From Candidatus Fervidibacter canadensis (lineage in GTDB: Bacteria; Armatimonadota; Fervidibacteria; Fervidibacterales; Fervidibacteraceae), in assembly GCA_041446545.1 (NCBI GenBank), contig JBGOEJ010000004.1, positions 59,181 through 123,180 on the forward strand: a stretch of DNA of 64,000 nt, in the 5' to 3' direction. Both the position numbers and the translations under genes were made by a program. The notes beneath the pieces are model-generated. The model ran no database searches, had not been told where the DNA came from, and worked only from the letters and a program-made list of their open reading frames with translations. This document shows, piece by piece, positions 1 through 7,478 of the stretch; positions within the stretch are counted from its first letter, which is position 1; each line of letters opens with the position of its first letter.

Positions 1-1
1 A

Positions 2-580
2 CGGTTCAAGCGAGAAATGATTGCCGCTGGCTTTTCTGTCAATTGGAGTGTTCCAACTCTGCCTGCTAACAGCCAGCAAGCCTTAGTGGCGGAAAGCAGC
101 GAAATCATCGTGGATGCGACGATCGTTTTGGAAGAGTTCGCTTTCAAAGCCCAGCCGAGCACGGAGGCTAAAAGCATCGCTGAATGGTTGGCGGAAAATG
201 CATTTCCGCAAAGCGATGAATACAAACCCTTCCGTGAATGGCTTCCCAAACGCTTCGTGATCTTGCCTGACAATGCCTTTCGGGATTTCACTCAGTTGGC
301 GACAGAGGTCATCGCCCGCATCCGCTTGAAGCCTGAGACGAAAACGGTTGCTGAAGGCGCCTTGTGGAGTGAAGAGCACTTGCCCAGCGAAACTTTGCTT
401 TACGCTCCCATTTTCGTCAGCAAACCGCTTGCACCTAACGCCAATCAGTTGGGCTTAACTGATAGCAATGCAGTGCTGCAGGTGTTGAACAACTTGCAAC
501 TTGACCGCCTGCAAATCGGTGGCGACGAGACTGTTGGACGAGGCATTGTGAAGGTGCGATTGAATGTCCCAACTTCGTAA
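2..580 (+). CDS. cmr4: Type III-B CRISPR RAMP backbone subunit Cmr4, C-terminal part (5' end upstream of window)
   Basis: Frame is open from the window edge. C-terminal glycine-rich RAMP motif LQIGGDETVGRGIVKV. Followed by Cmr5 and Cmr6 in canonical III-B order. Confidence 0.8.
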   Translation, partial: RFKREMIAAGFSVNWSVPTLPANSQQALVAESSEIIVDATIVLEEFAFKAQPSTEAKSIAEWLAENAFPQSDEYKPFREWLPKRFVILPDNAFRDFTQLATEVIARIRLKPETKTVAEGALWSEEHLPSETLLYAPIFVSKPLAPNANQLGLTDSNAVLQVLNNLQLDRLQIGGDETVGRGIVKVRLNVPTS

Positions 581-593
581 GGAGGTGACCGCC

Positions 594-983
594 ATGACTT
601 CGGTGCTTCGGACATTGGAACAAGAACGAGCTCAACATGCGTGGAGTTGCGTGCAAGAAGTGAAAGATAAACCTTTCGCTGGCGACTACCGCACCATTGC
701 TGTTAAAGTGCCTTCGCTAATTGTGACCAACGGCTTGGGGCAAACGCTGGCATTTTTGAAGGCGAAGGGCAAGGGTGAGCCAAGCAACGAACATGAAATC
801 CTTTATCGCCACCTTGCTGATTGGGTTGGCAGTAAGGTTCACGCAGATGGCGACCTTCTGAATTGGCTTGTCAACAAAGCCGACAGCCAGCAATATCGCT
901 TGGCGACGATGGAAGCGTTGGCGCTTTTGCAATGGCTCAAACGCTTCGCCGAGGCTGAACTGCCCAAAGGGAGGGAGGAGTGA
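594..983 (+). CDS. cmr5: Type III-B small subunit Cmr5
   Basis: SD TAAGGAGGTGA just upstream of ATG 594 (the ORF-track start 564 overlaps cmr4). Small helical protein. PSLIVTNGLGQTLAFLKAKG and C-terminal LQWLKRFAEA resemble Thermus-type Cmr5 as I recall it. Lies between cmr4 and cmr6. Confidence 0.8.
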   Translation: MTSVLRTLEQERAQHAWSCVQEVKDKPFAGDYRTIAVKVPSLIVTNGLGQTLAFLKAKGKGEPSNEHEILYRHLADWVGSKVHADGDLLNWLVNKADSQQYRLATMEALALLQWLKRFAEAELPKGREE

Positions 984-1810
984 TGGGGCGACGACAGCAA
1001 CCGCAATGGCGACCACAGCAAAGGCAGCAACAACCGTCACCAGTCATCTTGCCTTTGCCCAAAGAAGTGCGCCAAGTGGCAGGCAACGGTAACCGTTGCG
1101 AAAACATTGGCTTGTGGTTGGATCGCTTTCTGACCGTCAATCAGCAAACTTGGGAACTCACTCAAGACGCAAAACGCCGTCACCGAGTGATGGAACTGGC
1201 AAATCAATCTAAAGTAAGAGAACTCGTTGACGCATTGCGAAAACGCTACGAGGCAATGTTGAAGTGGTGTGAGCGACGAGGCTTCCTTGTGAAGCGTATG
1301 AAGGCTCAACCTATTTGGCGTTTTGTCGTCGGTTTGGGGGCGGCGCATGTGTTGGAGACGGGCATAACCTTGCATCGCTTGTTCGGGTTGCCCATCGTTC
1401 CCGGAAGCGCTTTGAAAGGCGCCGCGCGGGCTTACGCAAAACTTGTGGAGGGAAAGCCTGACGACGATGCCGACCTCATCGCTGTGTTTGGGACGACCGA
1501 GAAGGCAGGAAGCGTCATCTTCTTTGACGCCATCCCTCTCAACCCGCCCAAGTTTCAACTGGACATCGTGAACCCGCACTATCCGAACTACTACCGTGAG
1601 CAAGGTGGTAAACCGCCTGCCGATTGGGAATCGCCCAGTCCCGTTTTCTTCCTGACCGTCCACGCAACGCCCTATCTTTTTGCCATCGCTGCCCGAAGCG
1701 AGCAGGGCAATCGCTTGCTTGACCTTGCTGAACAGTGGCTCAAGGGAGCGTTGAGGGAATTGGGCATCGGGGCGAAGACCAGCGCCGATTATGGCTACTG
1801 GGCGATTTGA
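983..1810 (+). CDS. cmr6: Type III-B RAMP subunit Cmr6
   Basis: ATG 983 overlaps the cmr5 stop (TGATG). Motifs NIGLWLDRFL, GLPIVPGSALKGAARAY and C-terminal GIGAKTSADYGYW glycine loop. The Gln/Arg-rich N-terminus may be spurious; in-frame GTGs at 1067 and 1076 are alternative starts. Confidence 0.8.
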   Translation: MGRRQQPQWRPQQRQQQPSPVILPLPKEVRQVAGNGNRCENIGLWLDRFLTVNQQTWELTQDAKRRHRVMELANQSKVRELVDALRKRYEAMLKWCERRGFLVKRMKAQPIWRFVVGLGAAHVLETGITLHRLFGLPIVPGSALKGAARAYAKLVEGKPDDDADLIAVFGTTEKAGSVIFFDAIPLNPPKFQLDIVNPHYPNYYREQGGKPPADWESPSPVFFLTVHATPYLFAIAARSEQGNRLLDLAEQWLKGALRELGIGAKTSADYGYWAI

Positions 1811-1823
1811 AGGAGGCGCGACC

Positions 1824-3317
1824 ATGAAGGCGCTAACTTTTCTCGGCACGGGCAAATACGAAACCGTCACTTATGTTTGGCGAGACGAGCAAGGTGAGCG
1901 GTCTTGGAAGACCCATCTTTTTCCCGAAGCCATCGCCCGCATCTTCAAGCCTGAGAAACTTATCGTCTTCGTGACCCCACAAGCAAAGGCGCACAAAAAC
2001 TTTCAAACGCTTGCGCAACGATTGGGCGATTTGATGAAGGCTGTGGACATCCCTGAGGGCAAATCGGAAGCGGAATTTTGGGAACTCTTTGAACGGGTCG
2101 CTTCGGTGGTGAGCGAGGGAGACACCATCCTTTTGGACATCACCCATGCCTTCCGATCCATCCCGACGATTGTCTTTGCCGTCGCCACTTACCTTCGGCG
2201 GGTAAAGAATGCCCGCGTGGGGGGTCCCAAACTGCCGGGCATCGTCTACGGGGCTTTTGATGCGCGGGATGAAAACAAACGAGCACCTATCTTTGACCTG
2301 ACGCCGATTTTGGATTTGTTGGATTGGTTGAGCGGAGTGGAGTTCTTCCTTCAACGCAGCGATGCTACCTTGTTGGCGGAACGGCTACAAAGTATTCACC
2401 GACAAGCGTGGCAAACTCGGTCAGGCGATGAATTGCCGAGGCACTTGCAGCCCGTCGCAAATAAGTTGCGACTGCTTTCGCAGGCTTTTCTTCTGGCACG
2501 CCCGCTTGATGTGATGCGCCACGCCCATGAGTTGCTACCGATGCTAAAAGAAATGGCTGTGGATGCAGAGAAATGGGCGAAACCTTTCGCTGCCGTTTTG
2601 GAACAAATCCGCTTGAAAGCCCAAAAGTTCGCCCACGATGCGCCTGACCGACTGGACAAGGAGAACCTGCAAAAGCAACTGGCGTTGATGGAGCATTTCG
2701 TGGAGAAAGGCTTATGGATGCAGGCGACATTGTTGGCGAGGGAATGGGTTGTCAGTTGGGTGGCGCTTCAACGGGGCAGTGGCGATTGGTTGGACAGGAA
2801 ATACCGCGAGGGTGAAATTGAGAAGGCACTCGGTGCGGCAGGGCAAAGACTTCGGCAGCCAAGCGAAGAAGTGCCTGATTGGTTTGACGAAATGCCGAAA
2901 AGCGAGGAAGTCGCCAAACTGTGGGATTGGCTCGGCGGTCTCCGCAACGATTTGGCGCATTGCGGGATGCGCAAGGACGCTGCTGGCATCGCAAGCATTG
3001 AGCAGCGGGTAAGGGAAATCCCGCAACGCCTGAAAGCGCTCATGGACGATGTGCCTGAGCGGGTGCTTTACGGCGGTCGGGTCGTCATTGACCTGAAGAA
3101 CCTTTACGGCGAGGTCGCCAAACTGGACGAACTGCCGATTTATCTTGAGCGGGCGAAGGAGTTAGCAGGGGAGGGTAACGAGGTGGTGCTGACGGGTCAA
3201 GCGCCCATTTGGCTTTACCTTGCTGTCGCCCACGCATTGCATGGCAAAACGCGTCGTTTGCTTTACGCGTCTCCGACGACTGGCGAGGTTCTCATCTTTG
3301 ACCATTCGGCACGATGA
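1824..3317 (+). CDS. csx1: CARF (DxTHG/TM1812-type) + HEPN Csx1-family cOA-activated RNase fused to a C-terminal Csx3/Crn3-like domain
   Basis: SD GAAGGAGG precedes ATG 1824. MKALTFLGTGKYETV and LLDITHAFRS (2136-2150) are the CARF DxTHG signature. LRNDLAHCG (2943-2960) is a HEPN Rx4H motif. The last 79 aa resemble Csx3. Lies immediately downstream of cmr6. Confidence 0.8.
   Translation: MKALTFLGTGKYETVTYVWRDEQGERSWKTHLFPEAIARIFKPEKLIVFVTPQAKAHKNFQTLAQRLGDLMKAVDIPEGKSEAEFWELFERVASVVSEGDTILLDITHAFRSIPTIVFAVATYLRRVKNARVGGPKLPGIVYGAFDARDENKRAPIFDLTPILDLLDWLSGVEFFLQRSDATLLAERLQSIHRQAWQTRSGDELPRHLQPVANKLRLLSQAFLLARPLDVMRHAHELLPMLKEMAVDAEKWAKPFAAVLEQIRLKAQKFAHDAPDRLDKENLQKQLALMEHFVEKGLWMQATLLAREWVVSWVALQRGSGDWLDRKYREGEIEKALGAAGQRLRQPSEEVPDWFDEMPKSEEVAKLWDWLGGLRNDLAHCGMRKDAAGIASIEQRVREIPQRLKALMDDVPERVLYGGRVVIDLKNLYGEVAKLDELPIYLERAKELAGEGNEVVLTGQAPIWLYLAVAHALHGKTRRLLYASPTTGEVLIFDHSAR
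3078..3314 (+). other. Csx3/Crn3-like (cA4 ring nuclease family) domain at the C-terminus of the Csx1 ORF
   Basis: RVVIDLKNL...VVLTGQAPIWLYLAVAHALHGKTRRLLYASPTTGEVLIFDHS aligns by eye with A. fulgidus Csx3 (AVIDRKNF...VVISGRGPIWLHCFLAHKYHHTPFVAVYDPRLGAVVVQSHS, recalled from memory). Not verified by search. Confidence 0.6.
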
Positions 3318-3449
3318 GCGAAATGCCAGAAAGGCGTCGGAAATCTTGCGCCACGAAGACCACGAACGAAGGCGCACGCGAGGCGTCTGACGCAGCGGCT
3401 GCAATCGGTTTTTTTCGTTTGGCTTAAAGAGAGAAAGGGGTGTCAAGGT

Positions 3450-4226
3450 ATGACGCCTGTATTTGCGTTGGAAATCGCTGATGCCGAGTTGCGGGATTAC
3501 CTTGCGGTGAATTTGAGTCGCATTCAGGAACTCTTTTCACCCCGCCACCTCATCGCCTTCGGCTCTCGCGTCAACGGGACGGCAAGACCCGACAGCGACC
3601 TTGACTTGATCATCGTCTCCGATGCTTTTGAAGGCATCCCTTTTGGGGAGCGGTCAAGGCGGTTCAACGAACTAATTCCTTGGCATCTGCGGGTGGATGC
3701 ATGGTGTTTGACGGTGAAGGAGTTTGAAGTGCAGCGAAGGCAAGTAAGTTTGGTGGTGCAGGCGTGTCGGGAAGGGGTTTGGATTTTGAGGGGAGAGTTT
3801 TTGCCTGATAGTGAGGTGAACGGCGTCATGACACCAGAGGAGCAGGCGCGGGAATTGATGGCGCAAGGCGATCATGATTTGGCTGCCGCCAGAGCCAACT
3901 TCAATCTTGACCTTTACGACATCGCCACTTTCCTCGCCCAGCAAGCGGCGGAGAAGTTTTTAAAGGCGTTGTATCTTTTCCGTTTCCAGACCCTTCCGCC
4001 TCGAACTCATGACTTGGAGCGCTTAGCCAATGCCTTGGGGGCGCCTCCTGAGATCGTGGCGTTGGGGAGACCGCTGACGGATGATTACATCCGAAGCCGA
4101 TATGGGGATGCAGCGGGGATGGCGCCCTACAAACTTTTTGATGCTGCCATCGCTCAAGAACGCCTTCAACAAGCCGAAAAAATTCGTGAGTGGGTGCAAA
4201 GTTGCCTTTCAGGGGCGCAACCGTGA
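3450..4226 (+). CDS. Single-chain nucleotidyltransferase (Pol-beta/MNT type) + HEPN domain protein (KNTase-like architecture)
   Basis: N-terminal LIAFGSRVNGTARPDSDLDLIIV (GS...DxD NTase motif). C-terminal HEPN PF05168-type signatures AAEKFLKALYL, THDLERL and YIRSRYGD. Confidence 0.75.
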   Translation: MTPVFALEIADAELRDYLAVNLSRIQELFSPRHLIAFGSRVNGTARPDSDLDLIIVSDAFEGIPFGERSRRFNELIPWHLRVDAWCLTVKEFEVQRRQVSLVVQACREGVWILRGEFLPDSEVNGVMTPEEQARELMAQGDHDLAAARANFNLDLYDIATFLAQQAAEKFLKALYLFRFQTLPPRTHDLERLANALGAPPEIVALGRPLTDDYIRSRYGDAAGMAPYKLFDAAIAQERLQQAEKIREWVQSCLSGAQP

Positions 4227-4265
4227 TTTTGAAGGCGGAAACATCGGCGGCAGGCGCTTATCGCC

Positions 4266-4295
4266 TTAACCGAATGGGCGTTGGGTGCTTATAAT
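4266..4295 (+). promoter_or_regulatory. Candidate sigma-70-type promoter for spoVR
   Basis: -35 TTAACC (4266-4271), 18-nt spacer, perfect -10 TATAAT (4290-4295). SD GAGGTGA (4309-4315) and ATG 4321 lie downstream. Confidence 0.35.
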
Positions 4296-4320
4296 TGCTG
4301 GCGACAGCGAGGTGAACGCC

Positions 4321-7008
4321 ATGAGTTTGCCGCCTGAACTGGAGAAGGCGCGGCGGGAGATAGAGGCGATTGCCCGCGACTACGGGTTGGACTTTTTCCC
4401 TGTCGTCTTTGAGTTGGTCAGTTACAAGCAGATGCACCAACTCGCTGCTTACACGGGCTTCCCCGTCCGCTATCCTCATTGGCGCTGGGGCATGGAGTAT
4501 GAGCGCATCCGCAAGAGTTACACCTACGGCTTGCAGGTCATCCACGAGATGGTCATCAACAACAATCCTTGCTACGCCTACTTGCTCTCCAACAACACGA
4601 TGCTGGAGCACAAGATGGTCATGGCGCATGTCTATGCCCACGCCGACTTTTTCAAGAACAACCAATGGTTCGCCCACACCAACCGAAAGATGCTGGACGA
4701 GATGGCGAACCACGCCGTCCGCGTGCAACGCTACATTGAACGCTATGGCGAGGAGCGGGTGGAGAGTTTCATTGACCTTTGCCTGTCCATTGAGGACATG
4801 ATTGACTTCCACGCTGCTCATGTCAAACGCTATCCCGCCCCCGACGAGGGCGAAAGTGAAGACCCTGAAGCGCCCGTCACCACTGTGCCCCGATTGCCCA
4901 GCAAATCTTACTTGGACAAGTGGGTGAACCCGCCAGAGTTTTTGGAGGAGTTGCGCCAATTGCGCCAGCGCCGCCGCCAAGCCCAACGCAAGTTCCCACC
5001 CCGTCCCGAAAAAGACCTGCTGCTCTTTCTGATTCAACATGCCCCGCTGGAAGAGTGGCAGCGCGATATCTTGTCCATCATCCGCGAGGAGAGTTACTAC
5101 TTCGCCCCGCAGATGATGACGAAGATTCTCAACGAAGGTTGGGCTTGTGTCGTCGGCGACACGCTGGTCTTCACCGACCGAGGTCTCTTGCCGATGCGCG
5201 ACATCGTGGCTCAAAAGTTGCCTGTGAGGGTGCAGGACGGGGAAGAGATGCAGCGCGTTTACGATTGGGCGCATTTCGTTAATCGCCAGACCGTTTGGGT
5301 GCGGACGAAGCGGGGGTTGGAACTGGAAGGAAGCACGACCCACCGCCTCCTGATGGCGGATGGCTCTTGGAAACCGTTGGGAGAAGTGGTCGTCGGCGAT
5401 CGGGTGCGCATTTCCGGCGGGCATAACCTTTGGGCGAAGGAGTATGTCGCCGTGCGATGGCGACCTGTCCAACGGCTGACACTGGAGCGAGTCGCTGAAC
5501 TGGCGGGCGTCCATCCCAGCACCATCATCCGCTTCCGAAAGGGACGCCATAGCGTCCATGCCGACCGCATCGCCCCTGTCTTGGCAGTTTACGAAGAGGA
5601 AATGAGGCAAGGGCACACGAACCCTAACCATCGCCAACGAATCAAAGTGCCGAAAGTTGTGGACGAAAGTTTAGCGGCTTTTCTGGGTTATCTCATCGGG
5701 GACGGGCACATCAGTGAGCGGAAGCGAGTGGTTGGGTTCACCAACAGTGACGGGGAATTGGCGTTTCGTTTCGCCTCGTTGGGCGAGAGGCTCTTTGGCA
5801 TCCAGCCAAGGTGCTGGCAGGACGGCAGTCGCTGGCGGGTGAACTTTTACGCCCAAGACTTGATTGACCTGCTCAAGCATCTTGGCTTGCCGACAGGCAT
5901 GGCAGCACGACAAAAAACCGTCCCACCCGTCATCTTGTGCTCTCCCAAATCGGTTGTCGTTGCTTTCCTTCGGGCGCTGTTTGATTGCGACGCTTATGCG
6001 GGTGAAAGCGGTGTCATCTTCTCCACCAGCAGCGAAGAGATGGGGAAGGTGGTGCAATTGTTGCTGCTGAACTTTGGCATCCTTTCCGCCCGGCGTCGCT
6101 GTCCTGATGGGTGTTGGCGGGTGCAAATCGCTGGCAAGTCAGCCCTGACTTTTGAGCGGGAAATCGGCTTTGGGTTGGAACGGAAGCGCCAAGCCCTTCG
6201 CCGCTACCTTGCCGAGCATCTCTGGTTCAAAGAGGAACGATGGGACGACGAGATCGTGGCAGTGGAGAGGAGGCGGGCGGATGTTTACGACATCTCCGTG
6301 ACGAAGACCCACCGTTATGTGGCGGCAGGCTTTATCAACCACAACAGTTTCTGGCACAGCAAAATCATGACGGAGCGGGTGCTCAAGGACGAGGAGTTGA
6401 TTGACTACGCCGACCGCCACGCAGCGGTGACGGCGGCAGCGCCAGGGGTTCTCAACCCTTACAAACTGGGCTTGGAGTTGCTGCGGGACATCAAGGAACG
6501 GTGGGATAAGGGGCGGTTCGGCAAAGAGTATGAGGAGTGCGACGACTTGGCATTGAAAGGGGCGTGGGACAAGGGGCTCGGTTTGGGGATGGCGAAACTC
6601 TTTGAGGTTCGGCGCGTCCACAACGATGTCACCTTCATTGATGCCTTCCTGACCGAAGAGTTCGTCCGCAAGCACAAACTGTTCACTTACGACTTCAACC
6701 GCTACACAGGCGCTTACGAAATCAGCAGCCGCCAATTTGAGACGGTCAAGCAAAAGTTGCTCTTTCTGCTGACCAACTGTGGTCGTCCTATCATTTGGGT
6801 CGTGGACGGCAATTATCGCAATCGGGGCGAACTTTACCTTTGGCATCAGCATGAGGGCGTGGACTTGCGCTGGGATTACGCCGTTGAGACGACCAAAAAC
6901 ATTCACGCCCTTTGGAAGCGCCCTGTGCATTTGGAGACGGTCAAAAACGGGCGAAAGGTGCGGTTGAGTGTGCTGGACAAAGACCGCGTGCAAGAGGAAG
7001 TCCTTTAG
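4321..7008 (+). CDS. spoVR: SpoVR/YcgB-family protein interrupted in frame by an intein
   Basis: N-extein DFFPVVFELVSYKQMHQLAAYTGFPVRYPHWRWGMEYE, NNNPCYAYLL, HVYAHADFFKNN, PPRPEKDLLLF and ILNEGWA. C-extein SFWHSKIM...LNPYKLGLELLRDI. All match SpoVR as I recall B. subtilis SpoVR. ATG 4321 has an SD. Confidence 0.9.
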   Translation: MSLPPELEKARREIEAIARDYGLDFFPVVFELVSYKQMHQLAAYTGFPVRYPHWRWGMEYERIRKSYTYGLQVIHEMVINNNPCYAYLLSNNTMLEHKMVMAHVYAHADFFKNNQWFAHTNRKMLDEMANHAVRVQRYIERYGEERVESFIDLCLSIEDMIDFHAAHVKRYPAPDEGESEDPEAPVTTVPRLPSKSYLDKWVNPPEFLEELRQLRQRRRQAQRKFPPRPEKDLLLFLIQHAPLEEWQRDILSIIREESYYFAPQMMTKILNEGWACVVGDTLVFTDRGLLPMRDIVAQKLPVRVQDGEEMQRVYDWAHFVNRQTVWVRTKRGLELEGSTTHRLLMADGSWKPLGEVVVGDRVRISGGHNLWAKEYVAVRWRPVQRLTLERVAELAGVHPSTIIRFRKGRHSVHADRIAPVLAVYEEEMRQGHTNPNHRQRIKVPKVVDESLAAFLGYLIGDGHISERKRVVGFTNSDGELAFRFASLGERLFGIQPRCWQDGSRWRVNFYAQDLIDLLKHLGLPTGMAARQKTVPPVILCSPKSVVVAFLRALFDCDAYAGESGVIFSTSSEEMGKVVQLLLLNFGILSARRRCPDGCWRVQIAGKSALTFEREIGFGLERKRQALRRYLAEHLWFKEERWDDEIVAVERRRADVYDISVTKTHRYVAAGFINHNSFWHSKIMTERVLKDEELIDYADRHAAVTAAAPGVLNPYKLGLELLRDIKERWDKGRFGKEYEECDDLALKGAWDKGLGLGMAKLFEVRRVHNDVTFIDAFLTEEFVRKHKLFTYDFNRYTGAYEISSRQFETVKQKLLFLLTNCGRPIIWVVDGNYRNRGELYLWHQHEGVDLRWDYAVETTKNIHALWKRPVHLETVKNGRKVRLSVLDKDRVQEEVL
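5146..6345 (+). mobile_element. Class-1 intein (400 codons) with LAGLIDADG homing-endonuclease domain, inserted in spoVR
   Basis: Starts with Cys (CVVGDTLVF). TTHRLL is block B (TxxH). LAGLIDADG motifs LAAFLGYLIGDGHI (~5671-5712) and VVAFLRALFDCDAY (~5953-5997). Ends ...VAAGFINHN with Ser at +1. Splits the normally contiguous SpoVR motif NEGWA|SFWH. Confidence 0.85.
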
Positions 7009-7028
7009 CCTTCTGGGAGGTGACGCCG

Positions 7029-7469
7029 ATGCGCACGATGCAACTGGCGCAACGGCTTTGGGACGCCCTGCAAAAGGGCGAGACGATGCCCCGCTTGGAC
7101 GCCAACGGGCTCTCCGTGCAACTTTATGCCTGCGCTCATGACGCTTTTTCCTGTGCCGCCAAACAACTGATGGTGCGGTGGCGACCGAAAGGCGATTGGG
7201 ACGATACTCTCGCTCGGTGCGAACGCGCCCTTAAAGTCCTTCACCCGCAGGCAGGTTTGGTGGAGCGGGATGACGGGGGAGGATTGGCGCTCTTTCGTTC
7301 GCCTTTAACGCGGGGCGTTTATTGGGAAGGGCGATTGCGATTGAGCGAACGGGACGCCAATTTCACGGTGCAGCGGTGGTGCCCTGATGAGCGGGGCAAC
7401 CGCCAACCGATGCAGTTTTTGATGACGATAGAGCAAATGGCAGAACTGCTCGCCGCTTTTTTGGAGTGA
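7029..7469 (+). CDS. Hypothetical protein (146 aa), no recognisable domain
   Basis: SD GGGAGGTGA precedes ATG 7029, 20 nt after the spoVR stop. The ORF-track start 6912 would overlap spoVR. No motif recognised. Confidence 0.45.
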   Translation: MRTMQLAQRLWDALQKGETMPRLDANGLSVQLYACAHDAFSCAAKQLMVRWRPKGDWDDTLARCERALKVLHPQAGLVERDDGGGLALFRSPLTRGVYWEGRLRLSERDANFTVQRWCPDERGNRQPMQFLMTIEQMAELLAAFLE

Positions 7470-7478
7470 GGCAAAAGG

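Noticed and set aside
3383-3415. Possible rho-independent terminator after the csx1-csx3 gene (short GC palindromes followed by a run of seven T)
   Set aside because: The only stems I can draw are 4 bp with 3-nt loops (GCGT/ACGC, GCAG/CTGC), and the T-run is 6 nt away. This is too weak to call.
1-4320. Searched for a CRISPR repeat-spacer array or cas6/cas1/cas2 next to the cmr genes
   Set aside because: No direct repeats of 25-40 nt were seen in the intergenic stretches (3318-3449, 4227-4320). An array, if present, must lie outside the window (upstream of cmr4).
4258-5637. 459-aa ORF on the minus strand, antisense to spoVR
   Set aside because: This is a mirror-frame ORF typical of GC-rich DNA, with Arg/Pro/His/Gly-rich low-complexity translation and no motif. 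The plus strand encodes an unmistakable SpoVR plus intein.
6912-7028. Upstream extension of the 7029-7469 ORF overlapping the spoVR 3' end
   Set aside because: It has no SD and overlaps a confidently called gene, whereas ATG 7029 has a GGGAGGTGA SD.
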